Both the position numbers and the translations under genes were made by a program. The notes under the pieces are model-generated. The model did not search any database and was not told the DNA's origin. It saw only the letters and a program-made list of their open reading frames with translations. Positions 19,247 to 31,038 of a DNA stretch of 64,000 nt are shown here, one piece after another. Numbering within the stretch: position 1 is the stretch's first letter; every line of letters starts with the position of its first letter. Source of the DNA: Paramoeba atlantica (lineage: Eukaryota > Protista > Discosea); contig CDRNVI010000021.1 of assembly GCA_977017575.1 (NCBI GenBank), forward strand, positions 62,001 through 126,000. The letters run 5' to 3'.

Positions 19247-22219
19247 CAAGCCAAGCGACGGAGACAATGGACCCTCTGGTTTTATCTACCTTCCTCCATC
19301 TGCAAAAGTGAAAATTTGGTCCATTAAGGCACTGTGTCTAAATAAAGTAAAAAGCGTCGATGTGTCAATGGAAAACACTGGAAATTCAGAGAACAAGGAG
19401 GAGCGAGGCATTGAGGGAACATCTGATTTGGAACCGCTGCCAAAGATGGCACAAATTGATCCAACGTTTGCCGTCCATGTAATCGCGATTTTTCGTTCCA
19501 TTATTAAAGCGTACCCGAAGGCTCAGACAGAAGCAGAAAGAACTGTTATCTGGCACAAACTCCTCGATACACCACGGGACTCTTTGGCCACAATCCGTCT
19601 AAACTACCTACGTCGCCAGAGCTCCGTACAGCGTCGAGGGAGACGTGAGTGGGAAACTATCGATACGAACATTACCGAGGAAGAACGACTTGTACAAGAA
19701 GTAGACAAACGATCAATTCGAAATGCATTGCAAGCAGCAAAGGCAGGAAATCTTGGAAAAGCTACCCGCATACTCGACAATGTTTACAAGGACTCTGCTC
19801 TTCCACTCTGGGAAAAGATTGACAAACTTCGAGATCTACACCCCAAAGGCCCTACACCTCAAACTTCTGATCGAGACTTCCCGCGAATTGCGATATTGGA
19901 ACCTTCTGAACTTCGTCTAGCGACTGAAAAATTGTCAAAAGGTGCAGCTCCTGGCCCGACAGGTCTGAGTGAAAGCATGATGCGAATTTTAGTGGAGGAC
20001 GAAGAATCCTGCCTTTCACTCTGCCACATGCTGAGAGACGTCATAAATGGGGAAGTTGCGAAAAGTGTCCGAGTAAGATTAACACGATGCAGAATGATAG
20101 CCCTTGCAAAACCGAACAATGGAATACGACCGGTTGCAATGGGGGAAACGCTGCTAAAAATTTGCGGTTGTATCCTCCTTGAGCGCCATGCGAACTCCTT
20201 GTCAGACATATTCCAACCGATCCAAAGAGGCATATTACAAAAGAATGCATGTGAGTCCATTGTACATGAACTTTTGGAAGAGCATGAAGCTGGAGCCACA
20301 ATTTTGACGATTGATTTCAAGAATGCATACAATACGCCACAACGTACGGCAATAGAAGAAGCGCTCCTTCAATACCCGGTATTCAAACACTTTATGCGAA
20401 TGTTCTATTTTGAATATGGTCAACCATCGGAACTTTTATTTTTCGCCAACGACTCATTACATTCCGTGATCGAAAGCTCGTCTGGGGTCCGTCAAGGATC
20501 AGCACTCTCTTCGGTTTATTTTTGCGCACTGCTACAAGGTCCTTTGAAAGAAATTGCGAAGCTCTATCCAGAGGTTACTATCAGAGCCTACCAGGACGAT
20601 GTGACGATGAGCTCCAAAAATGAGTCGTCTTTGGAAGTTGCGTTCCTTCACCTCAAAGAACTAGCAAGTGGTCTGAATCTTGAAATTAATTCCCGTAAAT
20701 GCGAAGTATTCCAAGGCAACAGTTCAACGAATAATCGAGGGATGGATCTCAAGGAACTTGGGGTGGAAGACTGTGTGGATTCCATCAAGGTCCTAGGAGC
20801 ATACATCGGGCATAATAAAGCCGTTGAACGAAAGCTCTTGGAGAAGTTAGGGAAACATAAATGTTTATTTCGAAGACTTCGCGCTATGGGTCCCAGCAAC
20901 TTGTCACTAGCGATTCTCAAGCGATGTACCGTACCCCGTCATGATTACCACCTTCGAGTCCACAAACCTGGAGCTTCGTTTCTTCTTGCCCAGGTGTTCG
21001 ACGAGGAAATCCATGAGATCTTAAAGAAATGGTGTGGTGCAGATAGTGAAGCACTTAAACTCTCTGCCCTCCCATGTAAAATGGGAGGTCTAGGAATCAC
21101 CTCAACCGTTCTAAAGCAACGCTACTTTTTCGAAGCGTCCCTAAAATCTATTGATGAGCGATCAAAACCCATTAATGCTCCGGTAGATAAGGGAGGCAAG
21201 AAACAAGCCGACAGCACACGAACGAATTCACAAGCTGCACGCACTCAGCTAAGAAAGAGCATGAAGAATGAACACGAGAAGACAGCAGCAGAATTGAATG
21301 CAATACCGAGATTCCAAAATATCATAAAGCGAACGAAGGAGGCGAACAATCACTTAGATTCAACGTGCAACTACGTAAATCCATATCTTTTTCGTTACAC
21401 TCTAATGATGCGCCTAGGAATTGCTCTAAGTAAAGATTAATCCGTAAAGATTACGAATTGGTTACGAATTTTCATTAACTGAAAGAAGAAATGATGTTTT
21501 ATTTTATTATATTAAAGTTTAAACGTATGCGTCTGGCATACTCCAAATTCCTAAGTAATGTGTCAGGCGAGATTATATGCCCTGGATGTGGAACAATCGA
21601 AACATCAAGCAAAATCATTCCTCACGTAGCGGGATGTTCACGATGTGCTGGCATGAATTGCACGAGAAAACATTCTCATTTGGTACGCTATATTGCCGAA
21701 ATGTGTTCCAAAGCTGGTCTTCCATGTGCGATCGAACCTCGTATTCATGCGTCCTTTTTTTGCACCAAATGCAAGTGCTCAATTTCCCCAGAAGCGGCGG
21801 AATACCATCCTTGCCGAGCGCGTCGAATTAGATCTGGCCCAGACCTAGCGATTATGTGGCCAGATGTTGGAGAAATTTTATACGACGTTACCGTGGTACA
21901 TACGTGCTGCAGCAGCTATGCAAAGCAGAGCAGCAATGCCCTGCTGCAGAGTGCGGAAGAGCGGAAGATAGCAAAATATGTCAAAGAAAAAGGTCTTGAT
22001 CCAGAATGCTTTCGCTGCATAGCTGTGACAGATTGTGGAGTACTACATGAAGAGACAAAAGTTTTGCTGAAAACATTGGCGAAAAGAAATGATGTTGATT
22101 ACAAGATTGTACGAGAAGCTTTTCAACTTGAACTGGTAAAATATTCAGCCTATGCAGTCGTCTCTCAATTGCGCCAATATATAGAAACCGAGAAATGGGT
22201 AGGAGGACTCCGTCTTTAA
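19247..22219 (+). pseudogene. CRE lineage 2 copy a, RT + CCHC + REL (interrupted near 21430-21530)
   Basis: RPVAMGE, IDFKNAYN, GVRQGSALS, AYQDD, CPGC, RSGPDL..YDVTV. Confidence 0.88.
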
Positions 22220-22251
22220 ACACTCCTCTGAATATTACATTTTCGCTGCTT

Positions 22252-22520
22252 TTAACATTTCGTTAATAATGTTTCGTTGCTTTCAGCCTTTGGTGATTAA
22301 TAATGTTTCGTTGCTTTCAGCCTTTGGTGATTACTGTTTCGCTGCTTGGTTAGGTTTCAGCCTTTGGTTATTTTTGTTTTGCTGCTTGGTGATTATTGTT
22401 CCGCAGCTTTCAGCTCTTGGTTGTTACTGTTTCGCTGCTTTGGGTTATCACCGTTTCGCTGCTTTGAGTCGTCACTTTTTCGCTGCTTTCAGCATTCGGC
22501 TATTACTGTTTTGCTTTTTT
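22252..22520. repeat. Degenerate TTTCGCTGCTT/TTTCAGC minisatellite in a CRE 3' UTR
   Basis: Direct inspection. Confidence 0.75.
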
Positions 22521-22944
22521 GAGTAACATGTGAATAAATAAAGGAACGGAAAACACGTGAAACTATTATTTTGAGTGAATATAATATGTAACGTAGCATG
22601 GGGCATTAAATATCTAAAGTATATCTCACGGATTTGACGGTGAAAACAAAAAAAAAAGTATAAATATTCAAAAAGGGCCCTGGTACCACACAATTAAACT
22701 CAGAATGTTGAAGAAAAGGGAATACTTTGTGAAGGGGCTTAGCCCCCCACGCTCCGCAGACGCCAACCCGCTCACTCGTAATGAATTCCTTGTCACTGGT
22801 AACTAAAATCACTACCTGTATGAAGAATGCTCGAAAATGGACCAGACTTTCGTAGCGTCTCCAAAACCTAAACGAAACTATTTTTTTTTGTTTTTATTAT
22901 TATTCTATATAAACTAAGTTTCATATAAATACGGTTGAATCGAA

Positions 22945-23525
22945 CTATCGTGCAAAATTCCTACTGACCGGGTCTGCCGGGTTGTCTTTCGTTGAGACGT
23001 AATCGGCCTTGATGCAGACGCCCCGGTCCTTCGCCCATTGCAAAACCTTACCGAGTTGGTTTGATATTCCTCCTGATTTTGAAATTTTTCTGTTTAGCGC
23101 TGCTTGGCACGAAGTGTTATCTACCCATAATTGCAAGCACGTGCCCCGGGTGAAATGTCTCTCCAACTTCTGGAGGGAAAGTCTAACGGCTGTCGCTTCT
23201 GCCCTATTTACTTCGTATTGCCAAGAGGATTTCCATTGCCCCCCCACGATGATCACTTCGCCTGAATCGAGGTAGAGGATGACTCCCCATCCTTTCGCTG
23301 AGGCGTCTGTATACAAATTATGCTCCCGGGGAGCTATTTCAGGATGCGGGAGAGGTTCAACCGGTATGTTCCTAACAAGCGCGAACGAGAGCTCTGCAGA
23401 TGTCCTCGGCCGATTCCGAAGCGCCGAAATCGCCATCACCACCCCGTCTACCGCTCATTCCTTCCCCAGGGCCAGCGCGAGATCAGCGAGAACCGTCAGA
23501 TCAAAGCCATCCGGAATCCTCGACA
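22945..23525 (-). pseudogene. VIPER-like RT C-terminus/RNase H fragment, probably with a B1 repeat at about 22530-22775
   Basis: LYTDASAKGWG, NRAEA, WVDN, NPAD; G-rich GCGGGTTGG start of a B-like repeat downstream. Confidence 0.8.
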
Positions 23526-23529
23526 ATTG

Positions 23530-26500
23530 CAGGCGAACATGAACAAGCGCCAGAATCTCGGTTGATTAAAATCAAAAAGAAATGGCAAGACTTCGTAGGG
23601 ACATACCGAAACCAAACGCCACAGCATGAACCAATCGAAAACACAGGCACAGGATACCAAGGCAACATCGATACCACGGCCCACGCGCCACTAAATCGCG
23701 AAGTCCAAGAATCTAGGGCTCATAATCTCAGTCCACATGACGAGGGCGCAACAAGTCGAGAGCAGACTGACGATTCCAACAATGACAATCGAGACTCCCT
23801 TTTCCACGATTGCGAATCGCCAGTGCAACAACGAAACAATGATGAGGGTCCACCATTGCCAGCTCCTCTATCACCACCTGAACCGATCGATCACGAAGGA
23901 TACAAAAATTTAACCAATGGAATAGATAACGACCTACAATCAGCGTGCACAATAGATCCGCGATACAATTTTCCATTGACAGCCGAAGGAATATCCAATG
24001 CTATAAAAACAAGGCAAAAGCGGGCGATATATGCGATCTGACCTGGGGTTTCGATTGCCAAGACACGCTTAGTGTATCAAGGGGAACTGTATCATCAGCA
24101 AATCACAGGAGTGGACGAACAAAGTTGTCGATGGAATACTTAGGAGTTCAAGGCCACAAAGTAAATAACACGTTCAAGGGTTTTCTTCCACCGCAAACGA
24201 ATGTTCGAGTTTACAAAATACAATGGGTTAAAAGACAGATTCCGAGGGACCACAGTGAACGCAGCAAAACGAACGTCAGCCAAACAGTTACAAAATACAC
24301 GGAAGAAGATTTAGATCTAACCCCCATGCCCAAACTCCGAGCAATCCACGCCGACTTTGCACCATGCGTCATCGCCATATACAGGGACATCATAAGAGAC
24401 TACGCAATCAGCTCGTATGATCTTAGGAACGATATCTGGAACAGAGTCCTATCGGCGATGAAACATTCGTTGACGGTCGTACGAACAGCATCGCGTCGAC
24501 AGAAGCGGAGGCGTCCGTTCCGGGACGACGAAAATGATATGGACACGGATGAGAAGAGCAAAGCCGAAATGCGCACGATTAAGAAAGCAACCCGCCTAGC
24601 GTTAGAAGGATGCGTAACCAAGGCAACAAAAGTTCTGGATCAAGAAGTGCGACCACATGAACTCACGGATGACGAAATATGCGAAAAACTCAAAGATCTC
24701 CATCCGCAAAACCACGAGACATTTGATCTCCCGGACGATTCCCCAGAAATAGCAATAATCGCAACTGAAGAGCTCCGAGAAGCAGGTCGGCGACTTGTGA
24801 AAGGATCGGCACCGGGTCCAACGGGAACTACCGACACAATTATCCGTCTCCTTCTGGATGACGAGATATGTTGCGTCTCAATGTGCCATATGCTTGCTGA
24901 CCTCATAAACGGTTTCCTGTCGAAGCAAGTGATGAACCGCCTCAAACGCTCCCGCCTAGTAGCGATACCAAAAGTGGACAAAGGCATTCGACCAATATGC
25001 GTCGGCGAAGTGTTCCTAAAGTTGGCCGGAATCGTACTGGTAGCGCGACATGAGCACACGCTCGAGAAACTGTTTGCTCCTTTACAATTCGGTGTCTCCA
25101 TACAGTCTGGATGTGAAAAGGTAGTACATCGCCTACAAAGTCATTACCAAGAAGGGAAAGCGATTTTATCCATTGATCTCGCCAACGCTTTCAACTCACC
25201 CATGCGCAGTGACATCGCGAAAGTTGTTTTCGGTCTGTGTACATTGCGACCGTTTCGAAGATTCTTCCACACCGAATACTCCGAGGCATCGGAGCTTTTA
25301 TATTATGGAAAGAATGGCGAGCACTATGAAACGATATACAGCTCTGCTAGAGTTCGGCAGGGCTCTCCGCTGTCCACCCTATACTTTTGCGCCTTCATGC
25401 AGCCCATCTTGGAAACGCTTGCGGCAGAATTCCCACAAGTAAAGATTTTTGCTTTCATAGACGATATTAATATGGCGTCCGAGGATCATCAAGCATTGGC
25501 CAACGCATTTCTTCGCTTACATGGTCTCCTGGCTGAAAAACGAGTTAAAATGGCAAAACATAAATGCGTGTGGTTTAGTGGAAAGAACAAAATCCCGATC
25601 CCGGAAACTCTTCAAACAGAGGGTGTAAAAACAGAAAACGCAGCGACAAAGACGCTCGGAGCTTTCATAGGAGATGATGAGGTGGTCAGCGAGTGTTTAG
25701 CGCAAAAGCTTAAGAAGCATGAAGCAATTTTTCGACGTCTAAAGCTCATGGGGTTGAACAACATATCGCTGCTCTTACTCTCGAAAAGCGTAAACATCCG
25801 ACACAGATACCACACTCGGGTACACACGCCAGCTGCTTCCGAAAAGCTATGTAAACAATTCGATAAGGAGGTTGAAGAGGTAATGCGCACATGGCTCGGT
25901 AAAATGTCCGACAAACACATCTCCTGGTGTCGACTGCCCGTCAAGAAAGGTGGACTCGGTCTACCATCATCGGCCGAAACTCGCAATGCTGCTTACAATT
26001 CTTCGAAACGCGTTTCTCTAGAGCGCTGTAAAATCAACTCAGCTCGGTTAACGCATGACGAAGAGATGATGCGGGAAAGCGAAGTAGTAAGTGATGATGG
26101 TGCCGTGACAGATGCAATGTTAAATCAGAAGGTATATCAGGAACTCACTAAGAAAAATGAGGAGGTAGCACCGTTGGTAAAAGCGTGCAGCGAGAAGGGG
26201 AACCACGACTGGCTACAAGGCAGAACGAGATGCATCCCATCCTCCCAATTCACACTGGTGGTAATGGCGCGACTCGGAATCGCGCACAGAAGCATGCCGA
26301 ATAATTTTCTGTGCCCTGGATGCAAGATGATCCTTGAGTCTAAACACTCTCTGGCACATTTACTTGGCTGTGTAAAATGCACGGGGGCAAATGCAACGAC
26401 AAGGCACAATGCACTAGTTCGGCACATATACGATCTATGTCTGCGAGCCGGGATCCCATGCGAGCGTGAACCGCGACAATTCACATCATACCGATGCCTT

Positions 26501-27143
26501 AAATGTACCGAAGCGGTGAGCGAACAGCAAAAACAGGAGCATCAGAAAACATGTGGAACCACATCCTTCCATCGAAGCGGCCCGGACCTCGTGATCTTTT
26601 GGGTGTCGGGTGAAATATTTTATGATTTCACGGTAACAAATGAACTATCGAAATCAAACATCCACAAACGGGGAGCCCAACTGATGCAGGAAGCAGAAAA
26701 AAGAAAGCTGGACACTTATGTAAACTCCGATCTAATTCCTCGGGAAAAATTTGTATGCCTATCAGTGCTTGCCGGAGGAGCCATGAACAAAAGCAGTGTC
26801 GCCCTTCTGAAGGCATTAGCTGATGCAAACGGACGTGATCGTGAAACCGTAGTGCGAGATTTTGGAATGCATCTACAAGAATTAAACGGTGTCATTCTGA
26901 ACGCTCAAATGGGCAAAGCGTTGTCGCAAGTTTAAAATTTAATATTTAGTTATTCAATAGCCAGCTTACAAAGACGCGTAAGCTTAGTTAGTTACTATCC
27001 CCCTGACAAGGGGGGTAGCGCCAATACGAAACGGAAGAAAACAGAATATGATGACATACCAATATGGTGTATAATTACAGTGTCGTAATTGCATGCTGCG
27101 AAGAATAAGACGCAGTCGACCGCAAAAAAAAAAAAAAAAAAAA
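23530..27143 (+). mobile_element. CRE lineage 2 copy b, near full length; one frameshift in an A-run near 24005; poly(A) 27124-27143
   Basis: ORF 23945..26935 (996 aa) carries RT (FIDD), CCHC and RSGPD..YDF..K; upstream frame supplies the N-terminus. Confidence 0.9.
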
Positions 27144-27421
27144 ACTTCTCGTCCCATCATCCCCCTGCGCCGTATCCCCCCACCTCGACCTTCCGTGTCA
27201 GCGCGCTTGTCGTTCTGTTGTTTTCCTCTCTTGCGTCCCCCACCCCCGTGCCAGCAGCCCAACGTATTGTATACTTGCTCACGGGGTGGGGGCAGAGGTC
27301 CAGACCGATGGGCTCGGGCGTCGTTTCTCCTTGTCCCCACGTCCGTCCCGCCATGTCCCTCTTCCCGCTTTTTGCCCTCGGCGTGACGGCGGCTATGCAT
27401 TTCGTCTCCTCCAAGTCTCCC
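27144..27421 (+). repeat. Partial copy of the unknown unit at 62236-62911, bounded by A-runs
   Basis: SSHHPPAP..LASPTP..YLLTGWGQ frame and DNA shared with 62500-62810 (minus strand). Confidence 0.7.
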
Positions 27422-27431
27422 CCAAAAAAAA

Positions 27432-28730
27432 AACAAGTTCATTTCGCCACTGCCGTAGCATATCTCGTATTTTGTTCGGTAGATCCACTACCTCTTCGGC
27501 CATCTCCGGCATGCGGTTTAACAAGTTTATGCGGCGTTGACATATTTTAAGGGCGAAATAGTATTTTGGAATAATAATTCCCACTACTGAGGAGCAGTAC
27601 AGGAGGCGCCCCACCGTCGCCTCGAGCTCCAGAAATGTAGTACGTGTAAATTGATCCTTCTCCAATTTTGCGACAACTTTGGGTCCCAGGTTGACCTTGT
27701 GTACGCGATGGTCGTACCTAACACCGTTAAATACGTATTCCTTCATGGGAAGGAGTCCCGAGTCTTTAAAGCGCGCTCCTGTCTCTTGCGCGCGGTCATC
27801 AACCCATTTCTTGTACTGACAGGCCTGTTGATCTGTACCAGCAAACCGTACACCGTCCACGTAGATATCTAATGCGCCTTGTGAAAAGGTTGATTTACAG
27901 TATCCCTTTATACCGGAGATCGTAGCCGTGACTGTGTGCATCAATTCCGGGGCGCACCGATGCCCCATCGGCAAAACGCGCATTTCATACAACACCCCCG
28001 TGTCTGAATAAAACCGAAATTTTTGACGACATTCCTGCGGAATCGAGATTTGATAAAAACCACATACTAGGTCCCTCTTCAGACCTGACTGCGCCTTAAC
28101 TCTATGCAAATATTTAGATGGATGTAGTAGGGGTACCTGAGGAACGTATTCACTCAGCCGAGCGTTGTCAGAACGCGTCCAAGAAATAAATCGTCGACGT
28201 TGCTCGCCCTCATCGTCCGTTTCAATTACCGTGAAAGGAACCAGAAATTGCATTGAGGGACGTTTGTTTTCTTCCTTTTCGGATACCGCAGAAATAATAC
28301 CATGCTTAAGTAAGAGCTCGTGATCTGTATGGCTCAAACTTCCTTTCATACGAGGAGATGTTTCAGGGCAAGATGGCATGCGTAATAATTCTTTCCAAAC
28401 CTGTTCGAATCTTGAGGCGGTAGCTGTAGACATCCAGCTTCGAATTTTATTCATGTCAATAGTTGGAACTCCCGGCTTGACGTGTAACGGAATATGAAAG
28501 TCCTTCGGCTTTGCTAACTTAGAACTCCGGCGTGCACAAACTAATGTATGTTTAATTCACAAGCTACGGGCATCATTCCTCATCCATTCTTTAATGGTTT
28601 CGACGCTGATCTTGGGAATTTCATTTTTAACATGAAGGGGTAAGTGCATGTCGGCTTGCTTAGCAAGTCTTGAACTCCGTCGTGCACAAATTATGCTGTA
28701 TCTGCCTTAAGTTACAGTATTTATTGGGGG
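27432..28730 (-). pseudogene. VIPER-like RT fragment
   Basis: ORF 27393..28454: RRRFISW, KRDLVCGFYQ, PMGHRCAPE, YVDG. Confidence 0.85.
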
Positions 28731-28921
28731 GTGTATAAACGAGGGGTGTATAAACAGGGGATGGGGGAATATGCTTGGGAAAGGACGTGCAATACCCCCC
28801 ATCCACAAAAATTAGAACTTCAGTTATAGTATCCTAAATTTCATATCGTAAACTCATATTTCGCATTTCTGAAACACCAACAAAAAAGATTATCACGCAA
28901 ACTTGTGTCCTATCGTCCTTT

Positions 28922-30690
28922 TCAAGCTTTCATGGAACCGAGCCATGAAGCTCGCGGTAGGAGGTCACGGAGCTGTGAGACAATTGTATAAGCGTTGAGT
29001 TTTTCAATCTCAAGCTGAAATGCCTCACGAACTTCAGGAACGTTAAGGTTCGCTCTCTTAGCGAGGGAGGCTATGAGATTCCGTGTGTGTTCGTGCAAAG
29101 AACCACTTTCGGTCATTGCAATGCACTTAAAGTAATCTTCTTCGATCCCGCCGGATTCAACGTACTTTTTCCTTTTCCTCTCAATCGCATTTTGCAACAG
29201 CTGTGTTTCAGTCATCTTCCGATAGCTTAAGCTTCCGGTGTGAACTACGGTGATGTCATACAGTACTTCACCCATGTGTGGCCACATAATACCGAGGTCG
29301 GGGCCAGAGCGTATTCTTCGGGCACGGCAAGGGTGCTTCTCAATCGATTCTGGAGAAATGCATTTTTGTGCAGTAAAAGGAAGCAAGCATGCGCGGTTCA
29401 ATCACAGAGGGGAGGCCCGCTTTAGAGCACAGATCTGCTAGGAACCGTACAAGAGATGAATGCTTTCTTGTTGCGTTCATTCCTGCGCATTTTGTGCATC
29501 CGATTATATGTTGGAAGATTTCGTCCGATCTCATCTCAGCAGCACAACCCGGGCACTCGGCTCTTTCCGGCATCGAAGGAAGCTTGATTCCCAACCTGGT
29601 CATAATGGTATATCGGAAAAGGTAGGGATTCACATATCCGCTAGTGGATTGTAGGTGGCGAAATGACGTCGTGGTTCGCTTCAGAATGGAGTCCAATCGT
29701 GCGTCTTTGCGTAGGTCTGTTGCTAGATCTTTTTGTTCTTTTTTTATGGCTTTGGATGCATGTACTCGAGCTGTTTGCTGCATGGGTTTCGTGTCTCTGT
29801 TTTGATCTTTCGACATGCGAATACCTACCGGAGCTTTAGGGGTAATTAGTTGCTCATCAATAGATTTTCGTGCGGTGTCAAAATAGTATCGCTGCTTCAG
29901 AGTAGAAGGAGTTAGCCCAAGGCCACCCAAGTGTTGCGGTAGTGACGCTAGTTGAATGGAAGTGTCATCTGCGAAGAACCAATATTTTACAATATCAGCA
30001 ATTTCTGTGTCAAATCTTTGTGCCATATCCAGGGATTCTGCCGGTCGGTGAACTCGAAGGTGATAATCGTTTCGCGGGAGTGCATATCGTTGCAGCATGG
30101 CGAGGGAGATGTTGCTAGGACCCATTTTTCGTAGCCTGCGGAATAAACATTGATGTTTCTCAAGTTTTCGGACGAGAAGAGCACTTATCTCTGCACGTTG
30201 CCCAATGTAGGCGCCGAGAATTTTGATAGTTTTGTCACACTTGGATACCCCTAAAGAACTGAGAGCCAATGATTGTTCGTTGTTTTGCTTAGTAGCTTCG
30301 TGATCAAACCATTCTGATTTCGAGAAGTTGATATTGAGGCCAATGTCGGATGATAATTCACGCAGCTGCAGGAAGGCTGCTTCTAGGGAAAGACGGTTTT
30401 TCGACGACATCGTCACATCATCCATATAGGCGCGGATTTTAACCTCGGGGAATAACTCGGCGACTTCCACCAACGCTCCTTGTAGTAGTGCACTAAAGTA
30501 AAGAGAGGAAAGCGCAGAGCCTTGCCGTACCCCGGACGTGCTCTTTATCGTAGTGTGGAGGCGGTTGTTCGCAAAGAAAAGCAAGTCCGAGGGGTCGCCG
30601 TATTCGCAGTAGAACATCCGCATGAATGGTTTGAAAGCGCTGTTTTGCTGCAGTGCCCGTGCAATGGCCGCTCTTTGTGATGTATGTCGT
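28922..30690 (-). pseudogene. 5'-truncated CRE lineage 2 fragment (RT 3' half + REL, frameshift near 29350)
   Basis: GVRQGSALS, AYMDD, CPGC, RSGPDL. Confidence 0.88.
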
Positions 30691-31038
30691 TTTAAGTAAG
30701 GGACTTCTTTATAATTTTTTTTTTGTTAAAAAAGTTCTATGAATGTACGGTATCACTTTCTTACTTACTTTCCTACTTACTTTACTTCGCCCTTATCAAC
30801 TTCGCCCGCTTCTCTCCCTTATCTCCACCCCCCAAAGAAACCATCCGCGACTTCCCGACTTCACCCGCTTCTTTCCCTCACTTCCCCCCCCCCCCCGAGC
30901 ATCCATCCGCGCCTTCCAAACTTTGCCCTCCTCTTTCCCTCACTTCCCCCCAGAAATCAATCCGCGCGTGCTCCACCCCTTCTTCCAGCAGTGCGCGCTT
31001 CGGACCGTTGTTGTATCTTTTTTATTAAATTTTATTAA

